In this document: positions 9,163 to 19,310 of the stretch, piece by piece
Layout of the letters: every line of letters begins with the position of its first letter
How positions within the stretch are numbered: the first letter of the stretch is position 1
NCBI GenBank assembly: GCA_004322275.1
Contig: SCTA01000027.1
Span: forward strand, 880 to 64,879
Direction: 5' to 3'
Source of the DNA: a bacterium
Lineage (GTDB): Bacteria; Desulfobacterota; Deferrisomatia; Deferrisomatales; BM512
Length of the DNA stretch: 64,000 nucleotides
The notes under the pieces: model-generated
The model's input: only the letters and a program-made list of their open reading frames with translations
Told to the model about the DNA's origin: nothing
Database searches by the model: none
Position numbers and translations under genes: made by a program

Positions 9163-10223
9163 CCGGCTTTGGTGCGCGTTCCGGTAGGGAGGGGCAGGGC
9201 GAGCCTTCGCCCTATCGCCGGGAAGGCTTCGCAGGAGGTCCAGCAGCCGGGGCACTCGCCCCTCTGTATCCTGTCAAAGAGGAGTTTCGAGGAGGGGAGG
9301 TTCCAGAGAGTCTCCAGATCGTAAGCGCAGTCCCTGATATTTCCGAGGGGCTCGCTCAGGATGGTGCAGGGATAGAGAACGCCGGACTGGTTCAGGAAGG
9401 CCGAAGCCGAAAGAGCCGCGCAGGGGATCGGGGATTTTCCCGTCCCGCAGTAGTAGCCGACACCTTCCGCGTACCGCCTTTCAAAGACCGAAAGGGGCGA
9501 CAGGCCGAGGGGGCGAAGGCGGTGGAGCCTCGCAAATTCCCTTGCTATCCCGTCCATGTCCGGCTGGGTTACTCCGGCGTTACCGTAGTAGTGATCCGAG
9601 CGGTGGGGTATGTTGAAATGAAAATCCACCGGAGAAACGCCGGGAAGTACTTCCCGGACCGCTTTTAGCGTCTCCTCGAAGAGCCCGAGGTTCTTTTCCG
9701 AAAGGGTCATGCCGAAAAAAACGCCTACTCCCGGCAGGGTTTTCAGCAGCCGGAAGGTTTCCAGAGCCCTGTCGAAGGTTCCGGGAAGCCCCCGAAGTTC
9801 GTCGTGAAGCTCCCTCGGGCCGTCGAGGCTCACCGTGACGACGAGGCTCGCCCCGGTAATTTTAATAATCCGCGAAGCGGTGCTGAAGACTTTCTCCGGC
9901 ATAGTCCCGTTGGTGGGAAAGTGCAGGTAAGCCAAAGCTCTGCAATTTTCGATTATTATATCTAAAACCTCGTCCAGATCCTCTCGAAGGAATATCTCGC
10001 CTCCGGTAACGTCCACCCAGGAGAAGCGGTTCGATTTCTCAAAAAATTTACGTATCTCGGCGGTCGAAAGCTCGTCCTCTTCCCTGGCCCAGATAAAGCA
10101 GTTCTTGCACCGGCAATTGCACTTGCAGGTGAGGGCGAAGTTCAGCTTGTAGGGGAAATCGAGGCGGCTTCTTGAGGAGGCGAGGACCCTTCCCGCGAGT
10201 TTCAGGAGCGGTAAAACACCCAT
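9159..10223 (-). CDS. radical SAM / SPASM-domain protein
   Basis: CKCNCRCKNC contains CxxxCxxC, followed by GGEIFL and a C-terminal Cys cluster (CPGCWTSC). It starts 1 nt after the upstream GT9 stop. Confidence 0.8.
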   Translation of the reverse strand: MGVLPLLKLAGRVLASSRSRLDFPYKLNFALTCKCNCRCKNCFIWAREEDELSTAEIRKFFEKSNRFSWVDVTGGEIFLREDLDEVLDIIIENCRALAYLHFPTNGTMPEKVFSTASRIIKITGASLVVTVSLDGPRELHDELRGLPGTFDRALETFRLLKTLPGVGVFFGMTLSEKNLGLFEETLKAVREVLPGVSPVDFHFNIPHRSDHYYGNAGVTQPDMDGIAREFARLHRLRPLGLSPLSVFERRYAEGVGYYCGTGKSPIPCAALSASAFLNQSGVLYPCTILSEPLGNIRDCAYDLETLWNLPSSKLLFDRIQRGECPGCWTSCEAFPAIGRRLALPLPTGTRTKAG

Positions 10224-10224
10224 G

Positions 10225-11466
10225 CTAGACCTGTGCCCCCTCCGGGGATGCGCCGCCTGTAGTGAGGTCCCTGTTTTTCTTGAAGGGGCCGGAGATAAGC
10301 TTGCCGGAGGGAAAATACTCTCTTTTAATCGCCGAAAAGACGGTTTCCGGCTCTATCGCCAGCATGCAGTCGGGTTTGCGGCAGCCGGAGAGCTTCCTGT
10401 TGGTGTTGGTCAGGCAGGGGCTGCAGTGCGGTTTCGTATAGAAAACCACGTCGCTTTTCCCCACCGGCCCGTACAGGAAAGGGGTGTTCGGCCCGAAGAG
10501 GCCGACTACGGGGGTTCCCATAGCCGAGGCGATGTGAACCGTAGCGGTGTCGTTGGAGACGACCAGTTCGGCCCTGCGGCAAAGCGCGGCGAGCCCCTTT
10601 ACGGAGAGTTTGCCCGCGGCGTTGAAGGCTGTGCTCTCGCTCGCCGCCACCACGTCGTCAATTATCGATTTTTCGCCCGGAATGCCGGTTACCAGGGTTT
10701 TGGCTCCGAATTCCCGGAATAATTGCGCGCTGAGGTATCCGAAGCGCTCCGAGGGCCACCTGCGTATCGGCAGGTTGCTGCTGGAACCGGGATGCATCAC
10801 GACCATCACGTCGGAGGGCGAGATGCCCGCCTCTTTTTCGAGGGCTGCGGCTTCGGCCATGTGACTGTCCGTCAGGTCTATCTCGCGCTCGGGGTTGTCC
10901 GGGGAAGCGCCCGCGGTTTCGGCGAGCCTCATGAAGATCCGCCACATATGGGCCGTTTCCTCGTAAGGTACGGCTTTCGTGTAGACCTTTACTCTGGACG
11001 GGCCGTGCGCGGCGAAACCGACCCTCTCGGGCGCGCCGAGCAGGGCGCTTATCAGCGTCGAGATGTTCGCGAACTGCTCGAAGTCTATAATCAGATCGTA
11101 ATTGGCGGCCTTTAAAACCGGCAGGGTTTTTTTCATTGAAAAAAGGAAATCCACGATCGTGTCGGAAGCGAGAAAGTGGCTTTCGTGAAGGCCCTTCGTG
11201 CCCGCCAGTATCCCTTTGTTGGTGTCAAGGGTCAGGAAGTCTATCCGCGCCCCCGGAAATCTCTTACGCAGGGCTCGCAGCGCCGGAAGAATCATGACGA
11301 TGTTGCCGATGCCGTGAAATTTGATGAGGAGAATGTTCTTTACCTCATCGGCGACCGGACGGGCCTTCTTCGGGGAAGGCAAAAGCAGCGGAGCCGTCCT
11401 CAAGAGGAGGTTGCCCAGCAAACTGTCAAGAAATCTGGCGAAACGTAATTCGGAGTCTCTTTTCAA
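10225..11466 (-). CDS. glycosyltransferase family 9 (heptosyltransferase-like)
   Basis: ILLIKFHGIGNIVMILPALRALRKRFP at the N-terminus and ELVVSNDTATVHIASAMGTPVVGLFGP at the C-terminus are typical GT9 motifs. The TTG start is uncertain. Confidence 0.85.
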   Translation of the reverse strand: MKRDSELRFARFLDSLLGNLLLRTAPLLLPSPKKARPVADEVKNILLIKFHGIGNIVMILPALRALRKRFPGARIDFLTLDTNKGILAGTKGLHESHFLASDTIVDFLFSMKKTLPVLKAANYDLIIDFEQFANISTLISALLGAPERVGFAAHGPSRVKVYTKAVPYEETAHMWRIFMRLAETAGASPDNPEREIDLTDSHMAEAAALEKEAGISPSDVMVVMHPGSSSNLPIRRWPSERFGYLSAQLFREFGAKTLVTGIPGEKSIIDDVVAASESTAFNAAGKLSVKGLAALCRRAELVVSNDTATVHIASAMGTPVVGLFGPNTPFLYGPVGKSDVVFYTKPHCSPCLTNTNRKLSGCRKPDCMLAIEPETVFSAIKREYFPSGKLISGPFKKNRDLTTGGASPEGAQV

Positions 11467-11766
11467 TTTTTCATACCATAAAAAAATACCGCAAGAATGG
11501 AACCGAAATAGTTATCACTTCCCGGCAAAGGTAGCCAGATGTTTTTAGCGGCGGGGAAGGCGTAAAGCGCATGACCGCACACTTTTAAAAAATTATGGAA
11601 CAAGGTCGCCTTATCCGTTGTCTGCTGTAATCTATTTATAAGGGTTAAGTGGAAATAACCAGCAATCTTGGAGGCTTTTATCAACGGAGATGTCATGACC
11701 GCAGACGCCTTAAGGAAATTTCGCAGTGAAAAACGGTTTTGATACCGGAAACCCCGGAGCAGTCCG

Positions 11767-14700
11767 GTGAACAAGTCGTTCGATTTGTTCCGGAATTTAT
11801 CGGTAGCGACGATTTTCGCCGTAGCCGGGCTGACTTTGTCCTGCTCCTCCCTGAATGAATATACCTTCTTTTTTGAACACAAATCCCTGGCAATCCCTTT
11901 TACCGGGTTTCTTGCCATTCAGGCCGGGCTAATCGTTTTTTTGCTCGTACAAAAGAGGCAGGCGGCGAACAGGGACAACGTTTTGCGCAAAAGCGAGGCG
12001 AAGTACAGAACGCTCTTCGATAATATGACTCCGGGCTTCGCCCTCCACGAGATGATTCTTGACGACGATGGTTCCCCGGCCGACTACCGTTTTCTTGAGG
12101 TGAATCCGGCCTTTGAAAAAATCGCGGGCTTCCCGGCCGAAAAACTGATCGGCAGGACCGCCAGGGAGACTTTTCCAAACATCGATGAAAACCTGATCGA
12201 CACCTGCGGAAGAGTCGCCCTTTTGGGGGAACCATGCGATTTTGAAAGTTATTTCGCGGACCTCGGTAAGTACTACGAGACGCGGGTCTACTGCCCGGAA
12301 AAGGGGAAATTCGCCCTGGTCATCGCCGACGTCACCGAGCGCAAACTCGCCGAAAGAGCGCTTCAGAAAAGCGGTGAAAGGCTTAAGGAAGCCCAGAGAA
12401 TGGCTTCAATCGGAAGCTGGGAGCTCGACCTGTTTACCGGAAAAATGATCTTTTCCGACGAGGTTTTCCGCATTCTGGAACTCTCCCCCGCCAGCTCCGG
12501 AAACATGCTCGAATTCTTTTTGGACAGGGTCCACCCCGACGATAGAAGAGAGGTGACTCTCGCCTTCAATAAATCCGTCGAGGAAAAAAAGCCTTACGAC
12601 ATAACCCACCGGGTTCTTTTCGGCGACGGGCGGATAAAATACATTCACGAAAGGGGCGAGACGAAATACGACGAAAGAGGAATCGCGACAATCACCCTTG
12701 GGACTATACAGGACGTCACCGAGAGGAAAAAAGGCGCCGACGCCCTGAGGGAAAGGGAGCGTCAACTATCGACTCTGATGGACAATCTACCGGCCATGGT
12801 CTACAGGTGCCTTAACGAAAAAGAATGGCCAATCACCTTCGCCAGCACGGGCTCTATCGAGTTGACGGGGTACGGCCCGGCGGATTTCACCGGGGGGCAA
12901 GTCCGGTACAACGACGTAATTCTGCCCGAGGACAGGGAGGATGTCTGGAACGAGGTTCAAAAGGCCCTTTCGCTAAAGCGGAAATTCGAGCTCACTTACC
13001 GCATCAGGACCGCCGACGGAGAAATAAAATGGGTCCGGGAAACCGGGCAGGGGATCTTCGACAGGGAAGGAAAGGTAATCTCTCTCGAAGGGATATGCTC
13101 GGATGTAACCGAGAGGCGGAAGATTAACGATACCCTCCGCTTTATCGCCATGTGCGGAAACGGCGGCGAAGAAGAGAATTTCCTGGCCTCGCTCGTTAAA
13201 TATCTTTGCGAGACTCTCGGCGTGGAATGCGCCTTCGTCCACGAGCTCATTCCTGAAAGCGAAAGAGCCCGCACGGTCAGCATATTCAACGACGGCCGGA
13301 CGGCTGAAAATTTTGAATACGCCCTGGCGGGAACTCCAAACGAAATCGCCCTCGGAATGCCGAGCTGCACGTATCCCAAAGGTCTCCGGCTGATGTTCCC
13401 GCAGGACGTTCTGATAAACAAGATGGGGGCGAAAAGCTACGCAGCCGTGTCTTTGCTCAACTCCGCAGGCAAACCCTTCGGTCTTGTGGGGGTAATGGGA
13501 AAGGCCCCAATAAAAAAGCCCGAGCTCGTCGAGTCCATTCTTAAAATCGTGGCGGTAAAAGTCGCCCAGGAACTGGAACACCGGCAAAATTCAATCGAAC
13601 TGAAAAAATATCAGGAGCATCTCGAGCAACTGGTGGACGAGCGCACCCACAAGCTCGCCATGGCCCTCGAAAGCGGCCATTTCGACATCTGGGCGTGGGA
13701 CGGCGAAACCGACACCTTCTATACCACGCAGGGCGCCGACTTGCGCACAAAGGGGATTGAGGTCGACAGGTTCGGAAAGACGAAAACAGCCAGGTTCTAT
13801 GCAAAAGTGCATCCCGACGACCTGCCGACGGTCAGGGAAAACTCGGTAAACGCGATTGAAGGAAAGGCCGACAGCTGGAACAACGAATTCCGCTACTTTG
13901 GGGAAGGGCGGGGCTGGTTCTGGGTAAGCACGATGGGGCAGGTTATCGAACGCGGTCCCGACGGAAGGGCGAAAAAAGCCATAGGGCTCATAAGCGACAT
14001 ATCCGGGCGCAAGAGAACGGAAACGGTCCTCAAGGAGCAGACTGAAAGCCTTAACGCGATCTTCGATTCCTCTCCTCTCGTCATGATGCTTCTTAAGGAA
14101 GACGGAAGCGTCGAGAACGTGAATCAGGTCGGGGCCTATCTGACTGACGAGAAAAAAGAAAACCTGATCGGCAGGCAGCCCGGCGACGTACTGGGGTGCG
14201 TTGAGGTTGCCGATGGAAAACTTTGCGGTACGAATAACAGGTGCGGGTGTTGCGCCCTGAGAAAGAGCTTTACGGAGAGCCTCGGCAACAAAGCGTCGTT
14301 CGACAAAAACGAGATAAGTCTGAGCCTTGTCCGTGACGGCGGAGTCGAGGAGAGGGAGTTCCTCATGACCAGCGCTTATATAAACCTTTCCGGAGGTGAG
14401 CGGGTACTTGTCAGCCTGGATGACATCACCGAACAAAAAAAGATGGAAAAAGCCATTCTGGAAGCCAGAGAGGTCGCTGAAAGCGCGAACAAGGCCAAGA
14501 GCACCTTCCTGGCCAAGATGAGCCATGAGATACGCACGCCTATGAACGCCATACTTGGCTATTCGCAACTCATGCAAAAGCTCCCGGCGATGAGCGAAAC
14601 GGGGATAAATTACTCCCGCATAATCAGCCAGAGCGGCGAACACCTCCTCAGTCTGATAAATGACATACTTGAGATGTCGAAGATTGAAGCCGGGTACGTG

Positions 14701-15882
14701 ACGACGGTTCCGGAGGCTTTTTCCTTTACCGCCCTCATAGACGAAATCGAGACGGTGTTCAGCTTCCGCACAAAGGAAAAAGGTCTCTCACTGATAGTGA
14801 AAAAGGCTGAAAATCTGCCGGAGACGTTGATAAGCGACCAGAAAAAGATTCGCCAGGTGCTGGTAAACATTCTAGGAAACTCTCTGAAGTTTACCCAGCA
14901 GGGCCACATCGAGGTAAACGTAGGATTTAAAAACCTTGAGGGCGGCAAGGTTGAAATCATGGTGGATATTTCCGATACCGGCGCCGGGATATCGAAGGAC
15001 GAAATCGGAAAGGTTTTTTCCCCCTTCGAGCAGACGAAGAGCGGAAGCGACAAGGGTGGTACCGGCCTCGGGATGTCGATCAGCCGCCAGTACGCCCTGA
15101 TGCTCGACGGCGACCTCACCATAGAGAGCGAGGAGAGCGCCGGGACAACCGTGCATTTCACCTTCAAGGCCGAGACGGTGGAAAAACAGGCATCCCCCAA
15201 TCCCGAAGCTCCGGCGCTCATGAAAGCACCGGGAGTTAAAAAGAGTCGCTACGATCTGAAGATTCTTGTCGCCGACGATCTGGAGATGAACCGCCACCTG
15301 CTTTCTAAAATACTCGAAAGAGCGGGATTTACGGTCAAAACGGCGGAAGACGGGCCGGCAGCCATAGACGTCTTCAGGTCCTGGAAACCCGATGTAATCC
15401 TGATGGACAGAAGGATGCCGGAAATGGACGGCCTGGAGGCGGCGGCGAAAATAAGGGCGCTTCCCGGCGGAAAGGCCGTCAGGATCATACTGGTCACCGC
15501 GAGCGACAGGGAAGAGGGAGGAAAGGAATATCTGGAGGCGAGGATCGACGGCTTTATCGGGAAACCCTTTACAAGGGATGAAATCATCAAGGAGATAGAG
15601 CGTCTGCTTCCTTCGCTTCCTGATTATTCCTCCGAAGAGGTCTCCTTGCCGACACAGGCACCCCAAAGAGATTTCTTTAAAGAGGCCTCCTCGCTTCCTG
15701 AAAGCCTTGTCGAGAGGCTGAAGGAGCATATAGAAATCGGCGACGCCACAGCCTTTATTTCATTGGTGGAAAAAGATATCCGGCCCGTTAATCCCGGGCT
15801 GGGAGATTACCTCCTCCGCCTTGTCGGAAGGTACGATTACTCAAAAATCATGTCCTTGTTTTCCCCGAAGGAATCACTATGA
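11767..15882 (+). CDS. hybrid sensor histidine kinase (TM, multiple PAS/GAF-like modules, HisKA, HATPase_c, receiver)
   Basis: H-box SHEIRTPMNAILGY; N box ILGNSLKFT; G boxes DTGAGI and GTGLGMSI; receiver ILVADD..ILMDRRMPEMDG. PAS-like S-box segments are repeated. SD ggag lies 7 nt upstream of the GTG. Confidence 0.9.
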   Translation: MNKSFDLFRNLSVATIFAVAGLTLSCSSLNEYTFFFEHKSLAIPFTGFLAIQAGLIVFLLVQKRQAANRDNVLRKSEAKYRTLFDNMTPGFALHEMILDDDGSPADYRFLEVNPAFEKIAGFPAEKLIGRTARETFPNIDENLIDTCGRVALLGEPCDFESYFADLGKYYETRVYCPEKGKFALVIADVTERKLAERALQKSGERLKEAQRMASIGSWELDLFTGKMIFSDEVFRILELSPASSGNMLEFFLDRVHPDDRREVTLAFNKSVEEKKPYDITHRVLFGDGRIKYIHERGETKYDERGIATITLGTIQDVTERKKGADALRERERQLSTLMDNLPAMVYRCLNEKEWPITFASTGSIELTGYGPADFTGGQVRYNDVILPEDREDVWNEVQKALSLKRKFELTYRIRTADGEIKWVRETGQGIFDREGKVISLEGICSDVTERRKINDTLRFIAMCGNGGEEENFLASLVKYLCETLGVECAFVHELIPESERARTVSIFNDGRTAENFEYALAGTPNEIALGMPSCTYPKGLRLMFPQDVLINKMGAKSYAAVSLLNSAGKPFGLVGVMGKAPIKKPELVESILKIVAVKVAQELEHRQNSIELKKYQEHLEQLVDERTHKLAMALESGHFDIWAWDGETDTFYTTQGADLRTKGIEVDRFGKTKTARFYAKVHPDDLPTVRENSVNAIEGKADSWNNEFRYFGEGRGWFWVSTMGQVIERGPDGRAKKAIGLISDISGRKRTETVLKEQTESLNAIFDSSPLVMMLLKEDGSVENVNQVGAYLTDEKKENLIGRQPGDVLGCVEVADGKLCGTNNRCGCCALRKSFTESLGNKASFDKNEISLSLVRDGGVEEREFLMTSAYINLSGGERVLVSLDDITEQKKMEKAILEAREVAESANKAKSTFLAKMSHEIRTPMNAILGYSQLMQKLPAMSETGINYSRIISQSGEHLLSLINDILEMSKIEAGYVTTVPEAFSFTALIDEIETVFSFRTKEKGLSLIVKKAENLPETLISDQKKIRQVLVNILGNSLKFTQQGHIEVNVGFKNLEGGKVEIMVDISDTGAGISKDEIGKVFSPFEQTKSGSDKGGTGLGMSISRQYALMLDGDLTIESEESAGTTVHFTFKAETVEKQASPNPEAPALMKAPGVKKSRYDLKILVADDLEMNRHLLSKILERAGFTVKTAEDGPAAIDVFRSWKPDVILMDRRMPEMDGLEAAAKIRALPGGKAVRIILVTASDREEGGKEYLEARIDGFIGKPFTRDEIIKEIERLLPSLPDYSSEEVSLPTQAPQRDFFKEASSLPESLVERLKEHIEIGDATAFISLVEKDIRPVNPGLGDYLLRLVGRYDYSKIMSLFSPKESL

Positions 15883-16979
15883 AAAGCCAGAGTTTGCCCC
15901 AAGGGGCCAGAATAATGATTGTCGACGACACCCCGGAGAATCTCACCCTTCTTCGCGAGATTCTTTCGGAACACGATTTCGAGGTCTCGGCGCTGCCGAG
16001 CGGCTCTCTCGCCCTGCAGGCCGCAAACAAGGTTCCTCCCAATCTTCTGCTTCTGGACATAAATATGCCCGAGATGAACGGTTACGAGGTCTGCAGGAGG
16101 TTCAAGGAAAGCGAAAAGCTTCAGGAGATTCCGATAATCTTCCTGAGCGCCCTTTCCACCACGGAGGACAAGATTAAGGCCTTCCACCTCGGCGGCGTGG
16201 ATTACATAACGAAACCCTTTAATTCCGAAGAGGTGCTTTCGCGCGTCGAGACCCATCTTAAACTCCGGGCGCTGCAGGAGAAGCTGGAGTTTCAGAACGA
16301 CAATCTGAGGCACATCGTAGAGGAAAAGGTGCGCGAGATATCGGAAGCGCAGCTCGGGACGATCTTCGCCCTCGCGAAACTGGCCGAGAACCGCGACGAG
16401 GACACCGGAGACCACCTCGAACGGGTGCGGGATTACTGCCACATCATCTCTACGCGCCTCTCCGAATCCTCTCCCTACGCGAGAGTTATTTCTAGGGAAT
16501 TCACCGACTGCATCAAGCATGCCTCGCCCCTCCACGACATAGGCAAGGTCGCCATGCCCGACAGCATCCTTCTTAAGCCCGGCAAGCTTACCGAAGAGGA
16601 GTTCGAGGTCATGAAGACCCACACGACCATTGGGGCTGAAAATCTCAAGGTCGTCCACGAACGCTGCCCCGGAAACGCCTTCATCAAGATGGGAATCGAG
16701 ATAGCTCTCTATCATCACGAGAAGTGGAACGGCGAAGGCTACCCGAGGGGGCTCAAGCGCGAGGAAATTCCGCTTTCGGCGAGGATAATGGCACTGGCCG
16801 ATTTCTACGACGCGCTCCGGTCGGACCGCTGCTACAGGCGAGGGCTGGACCATATGGTGGTAAGGGAGATGGTGGAAGCGGGGAGGGGGAGTCATTTCGA
16901 CCCCCACGTCGTCGATGCTTTTTTCGCCGATGAAAGCTGCTTTGAAAAGGCGGATTACTCGCTCTCTCCCGTTTCCTGA
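15879..16979 (+). CDS. response regulator with HD-GYP domain (predicted c-di-GMP phosphodiesterase)
   Basis: Receiver IMIVDD..LLLDINMPEMNG, then HDIGKV and HHEKWNGEGYPRGL (HD-GYP). Its ATG overlaps the kinase stop (ATGA). Confidence 0.9.
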   Translation: MKSQSLPQGARIMIVDDTPENLTLLREILSEHDFEVSALPSGSLALQAANKVPPNLLLLDINMPEMNGYEVCRRFKESEKLQEIPIIFLSALSTTEDKIKAFHLGGVDYITKPFNSEEVLSRVETHLKLRALQEKLEFQNDNLRHIVEEKVREISEAQLGTIFALAKLAENRDEDTGDHLERVRDYCHIISTRLSESSPYARVISREFTDCIKHASPLHDIGKVAMPDSILLKPGKLTEEEFEVMKTHTTIGAENLKVVHERCPGNAFIKMGIEIALYHHEKWNGEGYPRGLKREEIPLSARIMALADFYDALRSDRCYRRGLDHMVVREMVEAGRGSHFDPHVVDAFFADESCFEKADYSLSPVS

Positions 16980-16995
16980 CGGACATGCGGTCAGG
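16975..16995. terminator. short hairpin shared by convergent genes (weak terminator candidate)
   Basis: cctgac / gtcagg 6-bp stem with a 9-nt loop. The two arms contain the stop codons of the HD-GYP gene (16977-16979) and the ABC-F gene (16991-16993). The T-run is poor. Confidence 0.3.
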
Positions 16996-18898
16996 AGCGT
17001 TTTTCTTCAAGCTCCTCCCAGCGGGCGAAGTGGTTTTTGATGGTTTCGTCCAGCGCCGGGAGTTCTCGGGAAAGGGCTTGAATCTCCTGCCTTCCTCCAG
17101 CCAGAGAGGAGGGTGAGGCGAGCAGCTTTTCGACCTCGCCCTTGCGGATTTCGAGGCGCTCTATCTCGCGCTCCAATTCCTCCAGTTCCCTTTTTTCCCT
17201 GAAACTGAGTCCGGCCTTTTGCGCGCTTTTTTCCTTCGCGGGTTTTGCTTCGGGAAGCTGTTTCGGAGCGGCTTTCACTTCCTCTTCCCTGCGCGCCCTC
17301 GTGCGCGAGAAGGCCGAGTAGTTGCCCTCGTAGAAGACCACCCGGCCCTCACCCTCAAAGTGGAGGATTCCGGTGGCGACCTTGTCGAGAAAGTACCTGT
17401 CGTGGGTGATTATGAGCGCTGAGCCGGGAAATTCGGCCAGCGACTCGTCAAGTATCTGAAGGGTGGGGATGTCGAGGTCGTTTGTGGGCTCGTCGAGCAC
17501 CAGGACGTTCGCCCCCTTGAGAAGCAGCTTCGCCAGCAGCAGCCGCGCCCTCTCGCCGCCGGAGAGGGTGGAGGCGGGCTTTAGCTGATCGGCGCGGGAG
17601 AAGAGAAAGTCCTCCAGATAGCCGACCTTGTGGCGCTTCTCCCCCTTCCCGCCGCCGGGAGCCACCCAGTCGTCTTCGGTCAGGTTTTTCTCGACGCTGA
17701 GAGAGTCGTCGAGGCCGCTACGGGCCTGATCGAGGTACCCGATGAGGGTGTGCTTGCCTATCGTCACGCTTCCCGAGGCAGGGGGGAATTCGCCGAGGAG
17801 GGTGCGGACGAGGGAGGTCTTGCCGCAGCCGTTGGGCCCCAGAATGCCGACGCGCTCGCCCTTCCTGAGGTGAAAATCCAGCCCTTTTACGAGGGTTTTA
17901 CCGCCCAGTTCTATCGTCAGGCCGCTCGTCTCGATAATCGTCCCCCCGAGGCGTTTCCCGGTCTGGAAATCCAGTGAAAGATCGCGGCTTACGGTGGTTT
18001 TGACCTGCTCTTTAAGCTCCCCGGCGCGGTCGATGCGTGCCTTTTGCTTGGTCGTCCGCGCCTTGGGGCCGCGGGAGAGCCACTCCTCCTCGCGCCGAAG
18101 GAGGTTCGCGAGGCGAGACTGGCTTTTTTCCTCCTCCATAAGCCTTTTCGCCTTCTCTTCGAGATAGTCGCCGTAGCCCCCGGAGTAGCGGGTGAGGGCG
18201 GAGTCGTCCAGCTCGATTATCCCCGTCACCACCCGGTCGAGAAAATAACGGTCGTGGGTGATGAGAAGGAGCGCCCCCGGATAATCGCGGAGGTGCTCCT
18301 CAAGCCATTCGACTGTTTCGGCGTCTATCTGGTTTGTCGGTTCGTCGAGGAGGAGAAGATCGGGCTGTTCGAGGATTATTCCGGCGAGAGCCACTCGCTG
18401 GCTCCAGCCGCCGGAGAGGGTCTTCAGCTTCGCGGAGGGGTCGGGGATCGAGAAGCGGGTGCAGATCTCCTCTATGCGGTGGCCGATGGTCCACGCCGAG
18501 TGGTGGTCGAGCCAGGAATGTATCTTTTCCTGCTCGTCCAGAAGCTTTTGCAGTGCCTCGCCCTTCGCCGACGAAAGCTCCTCCGATATTTTCTGATGCC
18601 TTCCGAGTTTCTCCCTTGCTTCGCCGAGGTAGCTTTCCAGAATCTCCCTTACGGTCTTCTCCGGGTCTAATGCGGGCTTTTGCGGAAGGTAGGCGAGGGA
18701 GAGGCCGCGCCTCTTGGAGATCGTCCCCGCGTCGGCGTCTACGAGCCCCACGAGAATCTTTAGAAGAGTCGATTTGCCGGAGCCGTTCTTTCCGATTATC
18801 CCCAGCCTCTCGTACTCGTCGAGGGTGAAGGAGATATCGCCGAAAAGAGTCGTCGGACCGAAACTCTTTGAAAGACCCGCAACGTCGAGAACGCTCAT
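16991..18898 (-). CDS. ABC-F family ATPase (Uup/YheS-like, two ABC domains plus C-terminal coiled coil)
   Basis: Two Walker A motifs (GKNGSGKST, GPNGCGKTS) and two LSGG signatures. The start was chosen at MSVLDVAGLSKSFG (ATG 18898) rather than the ORF-track start at 19024. Confidence 0.9.
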   Translation of the reverse strand: MSVLDVAGLSKSFGPTTLFGDISFTLDEYERLGIIGKNGSGKSTLLKILVGLVDADAGTISKRRGLSLAYLPQKPALDPEKTVREILESYLGEAREKLGRHQKISEELSSAKGEALQKLLDEQEKIHSWLDHHSAWTIGHRIEEICTRFSIPDPSAKLKTLSGGWSQRVALAGIILEQPDLLLLDEPTNQIDAETVEWLEEHLRDYPGALLLITHDRYFLDRVVTGIIELDDSALTRYSGGYGDYLEEKAKRLMEEEKSQSRLANLLRREEEWLSRGPKARTTKQKARIDRAGELKEQVKTTVSRDLSLDFQTGKRLGGTIIETSGLTIELGGKTLVKGLDFHLRKGERVGILGPNGCGKTSLVRTLLGEFPPASGSVTIGKHTLIGYLDQARSGLDDSLSVEKNLTEDDWVAPGGGKGEKRHKVGYLEDFLFSRADQLKPASTLSGGERARLLLAKLLLKGANVLVLDEPTNDLDIPTLQILDESLAEFPGSALIITHDRYFLDKVATGILHFEGEGRVVFYEGNYSAFSRTRARREEEVKAAPKQLPEAKPAKEKSAQKAGLSFREKRELEELEREIERLEIRKGEVEKLLASPSSLAGGRQEIQALSRELPALDETIKNHFARWEELEEKRS

Positions 18899-18995
18899 AA
18901 GTGCCTGTATTTCCTTAAAGGCGGTTCCGATAACCGTGAAATGAAATTCGCAGCGACAAATTACTATTTCAAGGTGGCCTTGGCAACAAACGATG

Positions 18996-19035
18996 CAAAA
19001 CAAAAAAGGGTTACGGCTTATCACCGTAACCCCTT
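18996..19035 (-). terminator. rho-independent terminator downstream of the tRNA-Arg/Ser cluster
   Basis: On the minus strand: aaggggttacgg tgataag ccgtaaccctt followed by ttttgtttt. Confidence 0.55.
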
Positions 19036-19043
19036 GATTTTAC

Positions 19044-19120
19044 TGGCGCGCCCGGCAGGATTCGAACCTGCGACCCTCGGATTCGTAGTCCGATACTCTA
19101 TCCAGCTGAGCTACGAGCGC
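19044..19120 (-). tRNA. tRNA-Arg (anticodon ACG)
   Basis: The reverse complement GCGCTCGTAGCTCAGCTGGATAGAGTATCGGACTACGAATCCGAGGGTCGCAGGTTCGAATCCTGCCGGGCGCGCCA folds as a cloverleaf. The anticodon loop is CTACGAA and CCA is encoded. Confidence 0.95.
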
Positions 19121-19188
19121 GTGAAGGCGTGTTTAATAATATTTTTGCATCCGCATGGCAATCTTTATTTTACACGAAAAAGAAAGAT

Positions 19189-19278
<90 letters not shown>

Positions 19279-19310
19279 GCAATTTTGCGAACTCTTATTC
19301 GATTGTCAAA

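Noticed and set aside
11463-11918. 151-aa minus-strand ORF in the GT9 / kinase intergenic region
   Set aside because: It overlaps the first 150 nt of the histidine-kinase gene on the other strand, has no SD and looks like translated promoter DNA. It cannot be fully excluded as a small gene.
13591-16907. Long minus-strand ORFs (13591-14643, 14872-15729, 15837-16907)
   Set aside because: They are antisense to the histidine kinase and the HD-GYP regulator, both with complete catalytic motifs on the plus strand.
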